The notes under the pieces are model-generated. The model was given only the letters and a program-made list of their open reading frames with translations, was not told where the DNA came from and ran no database searches. Of a stretch of DNA of 64,000 bases, positions 36,691 through 45,958 are shown in pieces (within the stretch, counting starts at the first letter, position 1; the number at the start of each line of letters is the position of its first letter). Made by a program: the position numbers and the translations under genes. Origin of the DNA: an uncultured virus (IMG/VR IMGVR_UViG_3300046474_000019) (taxonomy: Duplodnaviria > Heunggongvirae > Uroviricota > Caudoviricetes); the IMG/VR virus record IMGVR_UViG_3300046474_000019, one strand, 5' to 3'.

Positions 36691-36978
36691 CGTCGCAAGG
36701 GAGACATGTCTGAAAACACTCACCGACTTGCGGGAACACGCCCTATGAAGAGGTAAGCTGTTGGGGCTGCTGAGGTTGAATGAGAGAACAGTACAGCGAT
36801 GACCCGCAAGGGGAAGGCTCTCAATCTATAGTGTCCCATGACACCGGCTTGCGATCTCAATTTTGGATAGCATAGGATAAACCTCAAGGCATGTCGAGGC
36901 GGTTAACTCCGTATGGCAAGCCTTGGGATAGGTTTATCTCGACAATACGAAACTCATTTTGGATAGGAGCAAGATATG
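36691..36978 (+). ncRNA. unknown structured ncRNA, copy B (homolog of 1978-2296)
   Basis: Conserved blocks and compensatory helices relative to copy A. Confidence 0.75.
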
Positions 36979-37386
36979 TGCCAAGTGACAGAACACATCA
37001 ATAACTGGCCCAAGTATAAAGCTGAACGGGACGCTCTCAAGGAGTCGAGAGATTGTGTCGTGGTGTCCTTCTGCGAGATTTGGGGAGCACCTTATCGTGA
37101 TGCCCACACGCATATAAAGAAGATGTTTGGACGTAAGAACCGCCGTGGGACAGATACAGATAAGTGCAGAGATGCCATTGCTCGCTGCCCAAAGACAAAG
37201 ATGGCTAAGCGCGAATGGGAAGTTGCTGAACGTCCAACCCTCAAGAAGTTTTGCGAAATGCATCCAAAAGGTAAATACTGGGTGTTTGTTAGTAAACATG
37301 CCCTTGCAGTGATAGACGGAGTTGTGTATGATCACACCCACGGTCTTCGCCGTAAGGTCAAATTCGCTTTCAGGGTATATGTGTGA
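36976..37386 (+). CDS. putative papain-like Cys peptidase
   Basis: DCVV...HPKGKY...HALAVIDGVVYD gives a Cys-His-Asp arrangement (inferred). Confidence 0.5.
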   Translation: MCQVTEHINNWPKYKAERDALKESRDCVVVSFCEIWGAPYRDAHTHIKKMFGRKNRRGTDTDKCRDAIARCPKTKMAKREWEVAERPTLKKFCEMHPKGKYWVFVSKHALAVIDGVVYDHTHGLRRKVKFAFRVYV

Positions 37387-37595
37387 AATTTACAATTGGT
37401 TTGGTGCTGTTCGCTGCTGCAATGTTTGGTTCTATGTTCATGGTGAGGGCCAATCACTTCGATGATCAGAAAATGGCTTGCATTATGGCTGGTGGTCGTG
37501 GTACTGTGTTTCACAGCGATATCGGAATGCCGATTGGTTATGAGTGTATGCGTATGCACTTGGTACTTAAATTCAGGAATGGAGTGTACAGATGA
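37383..37595 (+). CDS. small membrane/secreted hypothetical protein
   Basis: Hydrophobic N-terminus; GTGA overlap. Confidence 0.6.
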   Translation: MKFTIGLVLFAAAMFGSMFMVRANHFDDQKMACIMAGGRGTVFHSDIGMPIGYECMRMHLVLKFRNGVYR

Positions 37596-37786
37596 ACAAC
37601 GAACTGATGGCGGCATTTAAGGCTCTGCGTGTTAGCGAGCGTACATGTGTGTTGCAAGATTTGGGATACAACATGCATCCAGCGGTTCATGAGACAGGCA
37701 GTGAGTTTGCCCTGCGAGTCTTGCGTCAAGTGTCAAGTGATGGTATTGTGCGGCAACTGGAAACTGCTATGCTGAGGTTTCAGTGA
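37592..37786 (+). CDS. hypothetical protein
   Basis: ATGA overlap; GGAG RBS. Confidence 0.6.
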   Translation: MNNELMAAFKALRVSERTCVLQDLGYNMHPAVHETGSEFALRVLRQVSSDGIVRQLETAMLRFQ

Positions 37787-38292
37787 GGGCCAGAGCGTCC
37801 AGCCTGACTGAACAAGAGTCTTCCGAAATCCATAAAAGGTTTTGGAGTAAGGTAGACAAGTCAGGTGATTGTTGGGTGTGGACATCAAACTCTATTAAAA
37901 ATAGAGGACTGTTCAAGGTCTTTGGTGATAACATCTACGCACCGAGAGTATCCTACGCAATGGAGTGTGGCGAGATTCCAGAGGGGATTTCGGTATGCCA
38001 TACGTGCGATAATCCAGCTTGTGTGAAGCCTGAGCACCTATTCCTCGGCACTGACGCAGATAATTCAAAGGATAGAAACGAGAAAGGTAGGCAAGCAAAG
38101 GGTGAAAAATCTGGTAGAGCAGTTCTCACTGAGAAAGACGTTTTACTAATCAGGGAGAAGATTTACCTTGATTGGCCCTTGACAGACATCTCTAAATTAG
38201 GTTACAGTTACACATCTGTTGTAGACATTAAACGAGGAAAGTCTTGGGCACACGTCCCAAACCCTTTCGCTATTCTGAACAACGCGATTTAA
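37783..38292 (+). CDS. HNH endonuclease
   Basis: RFWSKVDK..DCWVW, VCHTCDNPACVKPEHLFLGT. Confidence 0.9.
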   Translation: MRARASSLTEQESSEIHKRFWSKVDKSGDCWVWTSNSIKNRGLFKVFGDNIYAPRVSYAMECGEIPEGISVCHTCDNPACVKPEHLFLGTDADNSKDRNEKGRQAKGEKSGRAVLTEKDVLLIREKIYLDWPLTDISKLGYSYTSVVDIKRGKSWAHVPNPFAILNNAI

Positions 38293-38301
38293 GGAGGCTT
38301 T

Positions 38302-38634
38302 ATGTACGGTGGTATTCATCTGCAAGACCTGTTCGATGCACGTGACCCTAACCTCGTAAAAGAGTTCTTCGGTGATTCTAGCTGGCGTATCCTGCCACTC
38401 GACACAGCTCCAGCAGACAAGTTTGTTGCTGAAATGGTCTTTGGTCGTTTCGATGACCAGATGTTCCCCGGCAGCACAGTAGCTCACGGTCATATCTACA
38501 ACGACAGCCGTGGTATCTTCTACGATGGCTCTCCTGTTCGCACATCGACAGTGAAGCAGGTTGTAGAGATTGATGGTGTTACGTACATCGAGACACGCAA
38601 CACAATGTACAAATTGATCGACAAGCCTAAATAA
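38302..38634 (+). CDS. hypothetical protein
   Basis: AAGGAGG RBS; GHIYNDSRGIFYDG..VRTS..ETRNTMY. Confidence 0.75.
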   Translation: MYGGIHLQDLFDARDPNLVKEFFGDSSWRILPLDTAPADKFVAEMVFGRFDDQMFPGSTVAHGHIYNDSRGIFYDGSPVRTSTVKQVVEIDGVTYIETRNTMYKLIDKPK

Positions 38635-38637
38635 CGC

Positions 38638-38665
38638 TTGACAGCAGACAAAAACCTGCTACAAT
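38638..38665 (+). promoter_or_regulatory. sigma70-like promoter
   Basis: TTGACA-N16-TACAAT with extended TG. Confidence 0.75.
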
Positions 38666-38697
38666 GACCAAATCAAATATCAAAGGAGAATATAAAG

Positions 38698-39315
38698 ATG
38701 GCACAGATTTCCATTACCCGCGCTTTGGCTGAAGTAAAATCCCTGAATGATCGCATCGAGAAAGCCACTCGACAGAGCGTCTTCGCAACTGTTATTGTTG
38801 GTGGCAAGACTACCAATGGTCAAGACCTTCAGACAGCCACCAATCTGTTGAAGTCAAACCTGCAATCGGTTCAAGACCTGATCGCCCGTCGCCAAGCAGT
38901 TAAGGCTGCAATCATCCGTTCGAACGCTGTGACTACCGTCACCATCAACGGTAAAGAGCTGACTGTGGCTGAGGCCATTGAGCGTAAGGGTAGCATCGAC
39001 AAAGAGCGCGCCCTTCAAGCTGTACTCCAGCAACAACTGGGTCAGGTTCGTTCGGTTATTGAGCGTAACAACACTCAAATGCAAGGTCGTATCGACACCA
39101 TGATTCAAGCTGCTGTCGGTAAGGACCGCAAGGCTACCGAAGAAGAGTTGGAGGCCATCAGCAAACCTTACACCGCTTCGAACATCACAGCACCACTTGA
39201 CCCAAGCGGTCTGGAAGCTGTGATCAGCAAAATGGAAGCAGATATCAATGGCTTCCTGTTTGAAGTGGACTTCGCTCTGTCTGAGGCAAACGCCAAGACC
39301 ACCATCGAAGCTTAA
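38698..39315 (+). CDS. coiled-coil protein (DIP1984-like by recall)
   Basis: ISITRALAEVK, AIIRSNA.T.V, LTVAEAIERK, VDFALSEANA; family name from memory, not searched. Confidence 0.6.
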   Translation: MAQISITRALAEVKSLNDRIEKATRQSVFATVIVGGKTTNGQDLQTATNLLKSNLQSVQDLIARRQAVKAAIIRSNAVTTVTINGKELTVAEAIERKGSIDKERALQAVLQQQLGQVRSVIERNNTQMQGRIDTMIQAAVGKDRKATEEELEAISKPYTASNITAPLDPSGLEAVISKMEADINGFLFEVDFALSEANAKTTIEA

Positions 39316-39320
39316 AAGTT

Positions 39321-39637
39321 TTCCCATGCTGCGACGAATTGCCTAAATTCTCGTGAGCCTTTCCTCTGGGCTTTATCAGGGGAGCCTATTACTGAATGGT
39401 ATTCTAACCAAATCTAAGCATAGATTGCTGGGTCGCTGTACCCAGCCAAGCATTGACTAAGATCAAAGTTCAAATAGGAAAGCTGCAAAGCTAAAAGATT
39501 AAGGACTTTCGAGTCACTTCAACCTTTTAAAGTTATAACGTATACCGATGGAAAGCTGCTCTAAATCTTGGATAAACGTTGAGACGTATTACGAGACGGA
39601 CGCTGGCAATGCTACCGAGCTGTCGTGGGCATGGGAA
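39321..39637 (+). ncRNA. unknown structured ncRNA downstream of the coiled-coil gene
   Basis: Ends pair (TTCCCATGC-TGCGAC / GTCGTG-G-GCATGGGAA); internal hairpins; AAAG-rich core; terminator follows. Confidence 0.72.
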
Positions 39638-39649
39638 CCTACAAACTGG

Positions 39650-39680
39650 AAAAGCCTGCTTAGCGGCGGGCTTTTTCTTT
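39650..39680 (+). terminator. rho-independent terminator
   Basis: AAAAGCCTGCT-TAGC-GGCGGGCTTTT then TCTTT. Confidence 0.8.
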
Positions 39681-39716
39681 ACTAACAAGCTGGCAATTGA
39701 TTAATTTAGGAGACGT

Positions 39717-40322
39717 ATGAAACTCATTAGAGGTGTTGGCATTAAGGATGTTAAGGTTGCAAGCGATTGTCCTTTCTATATCAAGTGGAAGAATATGATT
39801 GACAGGTCGTATGGCCCAAAAACCGGAAGGAATAAAACTTACACAGAATGCTCTGTATGTGAAGAGTGGTTGATATTCTCCAACTTCAAAGCTTGGATGG
39901 AAGCTCAAGATTGGAAGGGTAAAGATTTAGACAAAGACTGGCTTGTCCGTGGCAGCACTACCTACTCACCCGAGACTTGTATGTTCGTAACGCCAGAACA
40001 CAACAAGCTTCTAACAGGTTCTGAGTCTACTCGGGGAATCTATCCAATAGGGGTGAGTTACAGACAGAAAGCACCTAGTATGGTTAATGAGCTTAAGCGT
40101 CCGTATAGAGCTTGTATCTGTATTGACGGAGAGTTTGTAAGCCTTGGGTCTTTCTCCACTCCAGAGGCTGCTCACGCATTGTGGCAGATTACAAAGATGC
40201 AGGTGTTAAAGCGTGAGTTTGAGAAGGAAGGTCTTGACACAAGACTGAAAGGTGCTATGATGACCCGTTACGAGCTGCTGCTCAATGATCTAGCCAGCGA
40301 AAGGGAGACAGAGTTTTTATGA
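39717..40322 (+). CDS. HNH-like homing endonuclease (LDKD/YSPETC family)
   Basis: VCEEWLIFSNFKAW, LDKDWL, YSPETC. Confidence 0.75.
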   Translation: MKLIRGVGIKDVKVASDCPFYIKWKNMIDRSYGPKTGRNKTYTECSVCEEWLIFSNFKAWMEAQDWKGKDLDKDWLVRGSTTYSPETCMFVTPEHNKLLTGSESTRGIYPIGVSYRQKAPSMVNELKRPYRACICIDGEFVSLGSFSTPEAAHALWQITKMQVLKREFEKEGLDTRLKGAMMTRYELLLNDLASERETEFL

Positions 40323-40531
40323 TTACCGAAGGCCAAATCCTCAATTTCTGTGACGAGCTTGAGAAGCGCGTACAACAACGGGACAGCAGCTACACCGTGC
40401 GTGTTCAGTCCGCACAAGGGATTCACGGTCCTATGTTCTTGATTCATATAGAAAATGCTATTGATAGCCAGAGATTTGTGGTAGACTCTGCTCTTCACAC
40501 ATTCCTGAGAGAATACGACGTTGGACAATAA
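40319..40531 (+). CDS. hypothetical protein
   Basis: ATGA overlap. Confidence 0.6.
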   Translation: MITEGQILNFCDELEKRVQQRDSSYTVRVQSAQGIHGPMFLIHIENAIDSQRFVVDSALHTFLREYDVGQ

Positions 40532-40643
40532 GATAAGAAATCCCTTGGCAGGACCGAATAGACGTGTTAACATCCCCAAGGTTGAACGCGACCGTACAAA
40601 ATACCGTCGCAAAGACAAACACAAACAAAGGAGAGAAGAGTGA
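40521..40643 (+). CDS. 40-aa basic ArfA-like peptide
   Basis: TTG start; RNPLA...KVERDRTKYRRKDKHK. Confidence 0.5.
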   Translation: MDNKIRNPLAGPNRRVNIPKVERDRTKYRRKDKHKQRREE

Positions 40644-40816
40644 ATATAAATGATCGTGTACGAGTCTGTAGCGAAGGTTCTACACTTCTTGGTAAAGAAG
40701 GTGTTATCACTAAACTGATCCCCGGTGGCTACGATGTAATGCTTGACGAGGATTCTCATGAGGGCGGGCTAGGAAGCATTTGGTTCGCAAGTTTTGAAGT
40801 GGAGGTGATTGTATGA
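40640..40816 (+). CDS. small SH3/KOW-like protein
   Basis: MNINDRVRV...GKEGVITK...EVEVI; AAGGAG RBS; paralog of the next ORF. Confidence 0.6.
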   Translation: MNINDRVRVCSEGSTLLGKEGVITKLIPGGYDVMLDEDSHEGGLGSIWFASFEVEVIV

Positions 40817-41031
40817 AAGCAGGTGATCGCATTAAAGTTGTCTATGACTCTTACGAAGACACCGACGTTGCAGCAGAAGGCAACTTGATTGGCTGGACTG
40901 GTGTTATCACCAAGGTGTGGCCTGATGGCGGGTTGTGTGTTGACCTCGACCCTGAACAAGACCCAGAAGATGCACTGGACGCACTTCACTTTGATCCAAT
41001 GGAAGTGGAGGTAGTGATTGACAAGTCTTGA
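40813..41031 (+). CDS. small SH3/KOW-like protein
   Basis: MKAGDRIKV...GWTGVITK...EVEVV. Confidence 0.65.
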   Translation: MKAGDRIKVVYDSYEDTDVAAEGNLIGWTGVITKVWPDGGLCVDLDPEQDPEDALDALHFDPMEVEVVIDKS

Positions 41032-42910
41032 AATTGCAGAGAAATACGGCATCGATCTATACCAGTATGGCAAGGTAGCTTGCCCAAAATGTGTCGAGAA
41101 GGGCCACGACCGTAGCGGTGATAACCTGATGGTGTACGGCAAGGATACAGATGGCCGTCACAAGGGTGCCCACTGCTTTGGTGGTTGCGGAGGTTTCACT
41201 ATTCCGTCTGAGGAATGGTTGGAAGAAAATGGTGTGGTAGAAGAGCAGGAGTATAATATTGTGGGTGCTGAATTCAATGACGAGATTCACGCAAAAATGA
41301 AAGAAATCACCACGACCGACTCGAAAGGGTATCGTGGGATTCGTAAAGATACAACCGCTGCGTTTGGCGTTCGTCATGAGATTGACACCAAGACTGGTGA
41401 AGTGGCCGTACAGTGCTATCCAACCACAGCGGATGCTGAGAACGATCATGGCTTTGTCCTGTCGGGTTATAAGCGCCGTGGGCATCCAAAGGACTTCAAA
41501 ACACCGGGTCCGCTAGGCGAGACTGGTCGCGAGTGTCACTTGTTTGGACAGTTCAAGTTTATTCGGGCACGTGGTAAATACTGCCTGATCGTTGGTGGTG
41601 AGGTTGACCAACTATCTGCATTCCAGATGCTGGCTGACACCAACAACCGCAACAACGCGAAGAACGGAACACAGTATGATCCAATCCCAGTTGTGTCGCC
41701 AACCATCGGTGAGACAGGCTGCGAGAAGCAGATCGTAAAGCAATACGAGTGGTTCAACCGCTTCGAACGTATCATCGTCTGTATGGACAACGATGCGGCT
41801 GGCCGTGAGGCTGCTGAGAAGGTTTGTAAGGCTCTGCCGAAGGGTAAGGCTTACATCATGGAAATGTCCATGAAAGACCCTAACAGCTACATGTGGGACA
41901 AGGACCGTAACATTGCTGTAGGCAAAGAGTTTAACTTTGTTCAAGAGTTCTACAAGGCTGTTCCTTATACCCCATCGGGTATTGTTGGTTCTGGCTCTCT
42001 GATGAATTTGATGAAGAAAGCGGCTGTTACACCAAAGATTCCATTGCCGCCGTTCATGAAGAAAGTGCAGAAGATGATGGCTGGTGGTATTCCACTTAAA
42101 ACCATCACCAACTTGGGCTCTGCGTCTGGTACAGGTAAATCGACAATCGTAGATGAATGTGTCTACCACTGGATTTTCCATAGTCCGCACAAGCCGGGTG
42201 TTCTGTCCCTTGAATCGGATTGTGCCCAGTACGGCAACAAGATGCTGTCTCGACACATCGGTAAGAAGCTTGACCTGATTGAGGATGACGCTGAGAAGCT
42301 GGAGCTGTTGAATAGCCCGGACGTTGAAGCCAAGGCTCAAGAGCTGTTCTTCCTGCCTGACGGATCGCACCGTTGGCACTTGGTTGAAGAGCGTGATGGC
42401 TCGATTGATGATATCAAAGAGAAGATCATGGAGCTTATCGTTGCATGTGAGTGCAAGGTAATCATCATTGACCCGCTTCAAGATATCATGGACGGTATGA
42501 GCAACGAAGAGCAAGCTGTCTTCATGAAGTGGCTCAAAGGCATGGTGAAGAGCCATGATGTAAGCTTTATCCTGATCAACCACGTTCGTAAGAGCGCTGG
42601 TGGCAGCAAGGCTAACTCTGCTGGTGCTGACCTGTTCGAAGAGGACTTCCAAGGTAGTTCTGCAATCTTCAAATCGGCTGCTTGCAACCTGTTGTTCACA
42701 CGTAACAAAGAGGCTGAAAACGAGGTAGAACGAAACGTGACAACCATGAAGATGACCAAGTGTCGTTGGACGGGCAACACGTCGCCACAAGCTGGCAAAT
42801 ACTTCTACGACAATCAGGTACACACTCTGTACGACCTTGATGATTACCTTGATCGGAATCCAAAGGTGAAGGAAGAGTATCTGGCAGCGTTAGCAGCACA
42901 AGACGACTAA
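41018..42910 (+). CDS. DNA primase-helicase (T7 gp4-like)
   Basis: Zn finger CPKC, TOPRIM GEVDQLS and DNDAAG, Walker A GTGKS, IIIDPL, INHVRK. Confidence 0.93.
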   Translation: MTSLEIAEKYGIDLYQYGKVACPKCVEKGHDRSGDNLMVYGKDTDGRHKGAHCFGGCGGFTIPSEEWLEENGVVEEQEYNIVGAEFNDEIHAKMKEITTTDSKGYRGIRKDTTAAFGVRHEIDTKTGEVAVQCYPTTADAENDHGFVLSGYKRRGHPKDFKTPGPLGETGRECHLFGQFKFIRARGKYCLIVGGEVDQLSAFQMLADTNNRNNAKNGTQYDPIPVVSPTIGETGCEKQIVKQYEWFNRFERIIVCMDNDAAGREAAEKVCKALPKGKAYIMEMSMKDPNSYMWDKDRNIAVGKEFNFVQEFYKAVPYTPSGIVGSGSLMNLMKKAAVTPKIPLPPFMKKVQKMMAGGIPLKTITNLGSASGTGKSTIVDECVYHWIFHSPHKPGVLSLESDCAQYGNKMLSRHIGKKLDLIEDDAEKLELLNSPDVEAKAQELFFLPDGSHRWHLVEERDGSIDDIKEKIMELIVACECKVIIIDPLQDIMDGMSNEEQAVFMKWLKGMVKSHDVSFILINHVRKSAGGSKANSAGADLFEEDFQGSSAIFKSAACNLLFTRNKEAENEVERNVTTMKMTKCRWTGNTSPQAGKYFYDNQVHTLYDLDDYLDRNPKVKEEYLAALAAQDD

Positions 42911-42912
42911 GC

Positions 42913-42941
42913 TTGACAGGGCCACTATGCTTCGGTATAGT
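42913..42941 (+). promoter_or_regulatory. sigma70-like promoter embedded in a UUCG hairpin
   Basis: TTGACA-N17-TATAGT; GGGCCACTATGC-TTCG-GTATAGTGGCCC. Confidence 0.7.
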
Positions 42942-42967
42942 GGCCCTCATCGTTTAAGGAGGGTTAC

Positions 42968-45256
42968 ATGAAAGCAATTACCAATTGGCATTTGGCATCT
43001 GTCTGCGACTTCGAAGCTGATGGTCTGCTGGATACCGTAACAACCATGCACGTTATGTCGTACAAGATGCAGAGTCCAAAGCTTCAAGGTGCTTTCATTG
43101 AGGCGACTGTTCGCCGTGACAAGAAAGATCGTGCCGGACGAGATTACAAAGAACAAGTGGTGGCATTCTTCAAATACCATATCGTCAACAACATTCCAGT
43201 TGTAATGCACAACGGTATTGGGTATGACGCCAAGCTGGTGAAACTGCTGCTGGCCGAAGAGTTGAAAACTGCTGAGGTGAATCTCGATGATCTGATGGTG
43301 ATCGATACGCTTGCACTGAGCTGGTATTTGAGCCCTGATCGTCGTATGCACGGTTTGGATAGCTTCTTCGAAGACTACGGCATTGCCAAGCCTACGATTG
43401 ATAGCTGGGAACAGGGTGAAGACGAAAGCCTTGAAGAGTTCCTTGACCGTATGCAACATCGTTGCCAAGAGGACGTTAAGATCAACGTCGCTCTGTGGGA
43501 TGACCTGCGTGAGCGTCTGGTGGACATGTATACACGTGCCCAAGACCTGATCGACAACGGACAGGAAGACGAAAAGACTGGCAACATTATCAATGTTGGT
43601 GGTACTCGTATCTCCAAAGATGAATGGATTCCAATCGACGACATGATTGGTCGTAGTGTTGAACACGCGATTGATTCCATCCTCACATTCCTGATGTTCA
43701 AGATGGATTGTGCAGCCCTACAGGAGAGTACACGCTGGGAAGTTGACGTAGAACACTGCCGTGAGGCACTTGAGAAGCTGGAAGTGATCGTAGCCAGCGC
43801 TCGGGAAGGCTTGGCTGCTGTTATGCCAATGGTTCCTAAATACGTCAAGAAGAGCCAGCCAAAGGCTGATCCATTCAAGAAGAACGGGGATCGTAATGCC
43901 CATTGGGTGAAGTGGGATGAAACAATGCGTCTACTGGCTGAGGGTGAGAAAGAGCCTATCACTGGTGCTGTCATGGTGTATGTTGAACCAGAAGACGGCA
44001 ATGATGAATTTGGTAATCCTTTCTACCGTGTGTGGAACAAGAATGAAGAGCCGAATCCGGGTAGCCCTGCACAGGTTAAGGACTTCCTGTTTAGCAAAGG
44101 TTGGGTTCCTCAGACATTCAAGTATGAAAAGGATGAAGTGGCGTTCAATGCTTGGGTAGCCTCCAAGCCACAAGGCAAGGCCAACAAATACCAGTGGGAT
44201 CGTTGGAAGAATGCACGACCAGAAGAGCGTGCAATTCCTCAAATCTCTGTTGGTGGGGATGACGGTAAAGAGCTGTGCCACAGCCTCATAGACCTCGCTG
44301 AGGAAGTACCGGCGATTAAGGTGTACGCTGACTACAAGGTAGCTGAGAACCGCCGTAACGTCCTCAAGGGCTTCTTCCGTGACATGACGGATGGCAAATA
44401 CCTGAAGGCTCGTATTGGTGGCTTCACAAACACCTTGCGTGTACAACACCGTGAGCTGGTAAACTTGCCGGGTACTGATAAGCCTTATGGCTATGACATT
44501 CGTGGATCGTTGATTGCAGGCTTGAAACGCATTCTGGTGGGCTCTGACATGTCGTCTCTTGAAGACCGTGTTAAGCACCACTTCATGCTGCCTCATGACC
44601 CTGAGTATGTGGCAACCATGCAGGCTGACGACTTCGACCCGCACATCCTCATGGCATTGATTGCCAAGATGATTACGCAACAGGAGTTTGATGACTTCAA
44701 GCAAGGCAAGAAAAGTGCGAACGCCAAGTCTGCTCGTAAGAAAGGCAAGACAACCAACTATGCATCCGTGTATAATGCTGGTGCTGCAAAGATTGCTCAA
44801 GCTGCTGGTGTTGCACTGGAAGAGGGTAAAATCCTCCATGAGGCTTACTGGAAGCTGAACTGGTCGGTCAAGGCTATCGCTGACGAACAGGTGGTATTCA
44901 AGGACGCACGTGGTAACAAGTGGCTGATCAACCCTATCAACGGGTTCTGCTACAGCTTGCGTAAAGAGTCTGACCGATTCTCTACACTGGCTCAGGGCAC
45001 TGGTAGCTATTTCTTTGACATGTGGGTTGACAACATCATCACTGCAATGGTAGAAAAGTGGGGCATCAAAGCCAAGCGTCTAACTGGCAGCTTCCACGAT
45101 GAATGCATCATTTGCATGGGTGATAGTGAAGCAAACCGTCTGGCAATCGCCACCATCATTAAGGAGGCTGTTGATAAGGTGAACGTTGATTTCAACCTTC
45201 GTCGTGAGCTTGGGTGTGATACACAATTTGGTGCCCGGTACTCGGACATCCACTGA
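42968..45256 (+). CDS. DNA polymerase, family A
   Basis: Exonuclease motifs DFEADG, HNGIGYD, RCQEDV; motif A DMSSLEDR, motif B RKKGKTTNYASVY, motif C FHDE. Confidence 0.95.
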   Translation: MKAITNWHLASVCDFEADGLLDTVTTMHVMSYKMQSPKLQGAFIEATVRRDKKDRAGRDYKEQVVAFFKYHIVNNIPVVMHNGIGYDAKLVKLLLAEELKTAEVNLDDLMVIDTLALSWYLSPDRRMHGLDSFFEDYGIAKPTIDSWEQGEDESLEEFLDRMQHRCQEDVKINVALWDDLRERLVDMYTRAQDLIDNGQEDEKTGNIINVGGTRISKDEWIPIDDMIGRSVEHAIDSILTFLMFKMDCAALQESTRWEVDVEHCREALEKLEVIVASAREGLAAVMPMVPKYVKKSQPKADPFKKNGDRNAHWVKWDETMRLLAEGEKEPITGAVMVYVEPEDGNDEFGNPFYRVWNKNEEPNPGSPAQVKDFLFSKGWVPQTFKYEKDEVAFNAWVASKPQGKANKYQWDRWKNARPEERAIPQISVGGDDGKELCHSLIDLAEEVPAIKVYADYKVAENRRNVLKGFFRDMTDGKYLKARIGGFTNTLRVQHRELVNLPGTDKPYGYDIRGSLIAGLKRILVGSDMSSLEDRVKHHFMLPHDPEYVATMQADDFDPHILMALIAKMITQQEFDDFKQGKKSANAKSARKKGKTTNYASVYNAGAAKIAQAAGVALEEGKILHEAYWKLNWSVKAIADEQVVFKDARGNKWLINPINGFCYSLRKESDRFSTLAQGTGSYFFDMWVDNIITAMVEKWGIKAKRLTGSFHDECIICMGDSEANRLAIATIIKEAVDKVNVDFNLRRELGCDTQFGARYSDIH

Positions 45257-45269
45257 TATAGGAGGTTTT

Positions 45270-45380
45270 ATGAAATACTTGAGATATTACTACTGCCCAA
45301 ATTGTTGGAGAGAGTACAATTCTGAAAACAGCGACGGCGATCTGTGTGATGCATGTTGCACTCCACTCGAAAATAAGTAG
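45270..45380 (+). CDS. tiny Zn-ribbon protein
   Basis: CPNC...CDAC; GGAGG RBS. Confidence 0.6.
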   Translation: MKYLRYYYCPNCWREYNSENSDGDLCDACCTPLENK

Positions 45381-45462
45381 AACAAGGGTTGACAAGGGAC
45401 AAGGAAGTCTCTAGAATTCACCACATCAGCAAGACAACTTAAACAAGCAAAGGAGATTCACA

Positions 45463-45741
45463 ATGACTACTCGCAACGAACCAACCGTAGGAACCCAGTT
45501 TGCCATTTCTGACCTGTTCGGCAAGAAGGCCAGCAAGACTCCAGACCAACTGGTGGCTGAAGCCTTGAAAGGTTTCACTGACGCTCAAGCTCAACTGGAA
45601 GTGGCTCAAGCGGCTATCGAAGTTCAGAAGTCTGAACACGAAGCTGAAATCCAGAAACGCACCAAGCTTCTGGAAGCTGCCACTGAATCGAGTTCCCGTC
45701 TGGGTCGCGTAGCTGAGCGCTTCAAAGAGTTGCTGGCATGA
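45463..45741 (+). CDS. coiled-coil hypothetical protein
   Basis: AAGGAG RBS; promoter TTGACA-N17-TAGAAT at 45389-45417. Confidence 0.7.
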   Translation: MTTRNEPTVGTQFAISDLFGKKASKTPDQLVAEALKGFTDAQAQLEVAQAAIEVQKSEHEAEIQKRTKLLEAATESSSRLGRVAERFKELLA

Positions 45742-45926
45742 GTCAGTACACCGTAACAAGCAAGGAGCGTTACCATATGTACGCTCTTGGCGAAACCATC
45801 ACTCGCATTGGTAACGCCTACAACTTCATCCTTGACGGTTACGAGTATGTGAACGCCAAAGGGATCAAGCAATATCTTGCTGATCGTGAAGTAAAACTTC
45901 TTGACAGCCAAGAAAAACTGGCGTAA
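45738..45926 (+). CDS. hypothetical protein
   Basis: ATGA overlap. Confidence 0.6.
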   Translation: MSQYTVTSKERYHMYALGETITRIGNAYNFILDGYEYVNAKGIKQYLADREVKLLDSQEKLA

Positions 45927-45958
45927 TATACGCTTTCCACACACGAAGGAGGATTTAC

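Noticed and set aside
39321..39637. tmRNA or group I intron
   Set aside because: No Ala acceptor with G3:U70, T loop and CCA; no P7-type core; no interrupted gene
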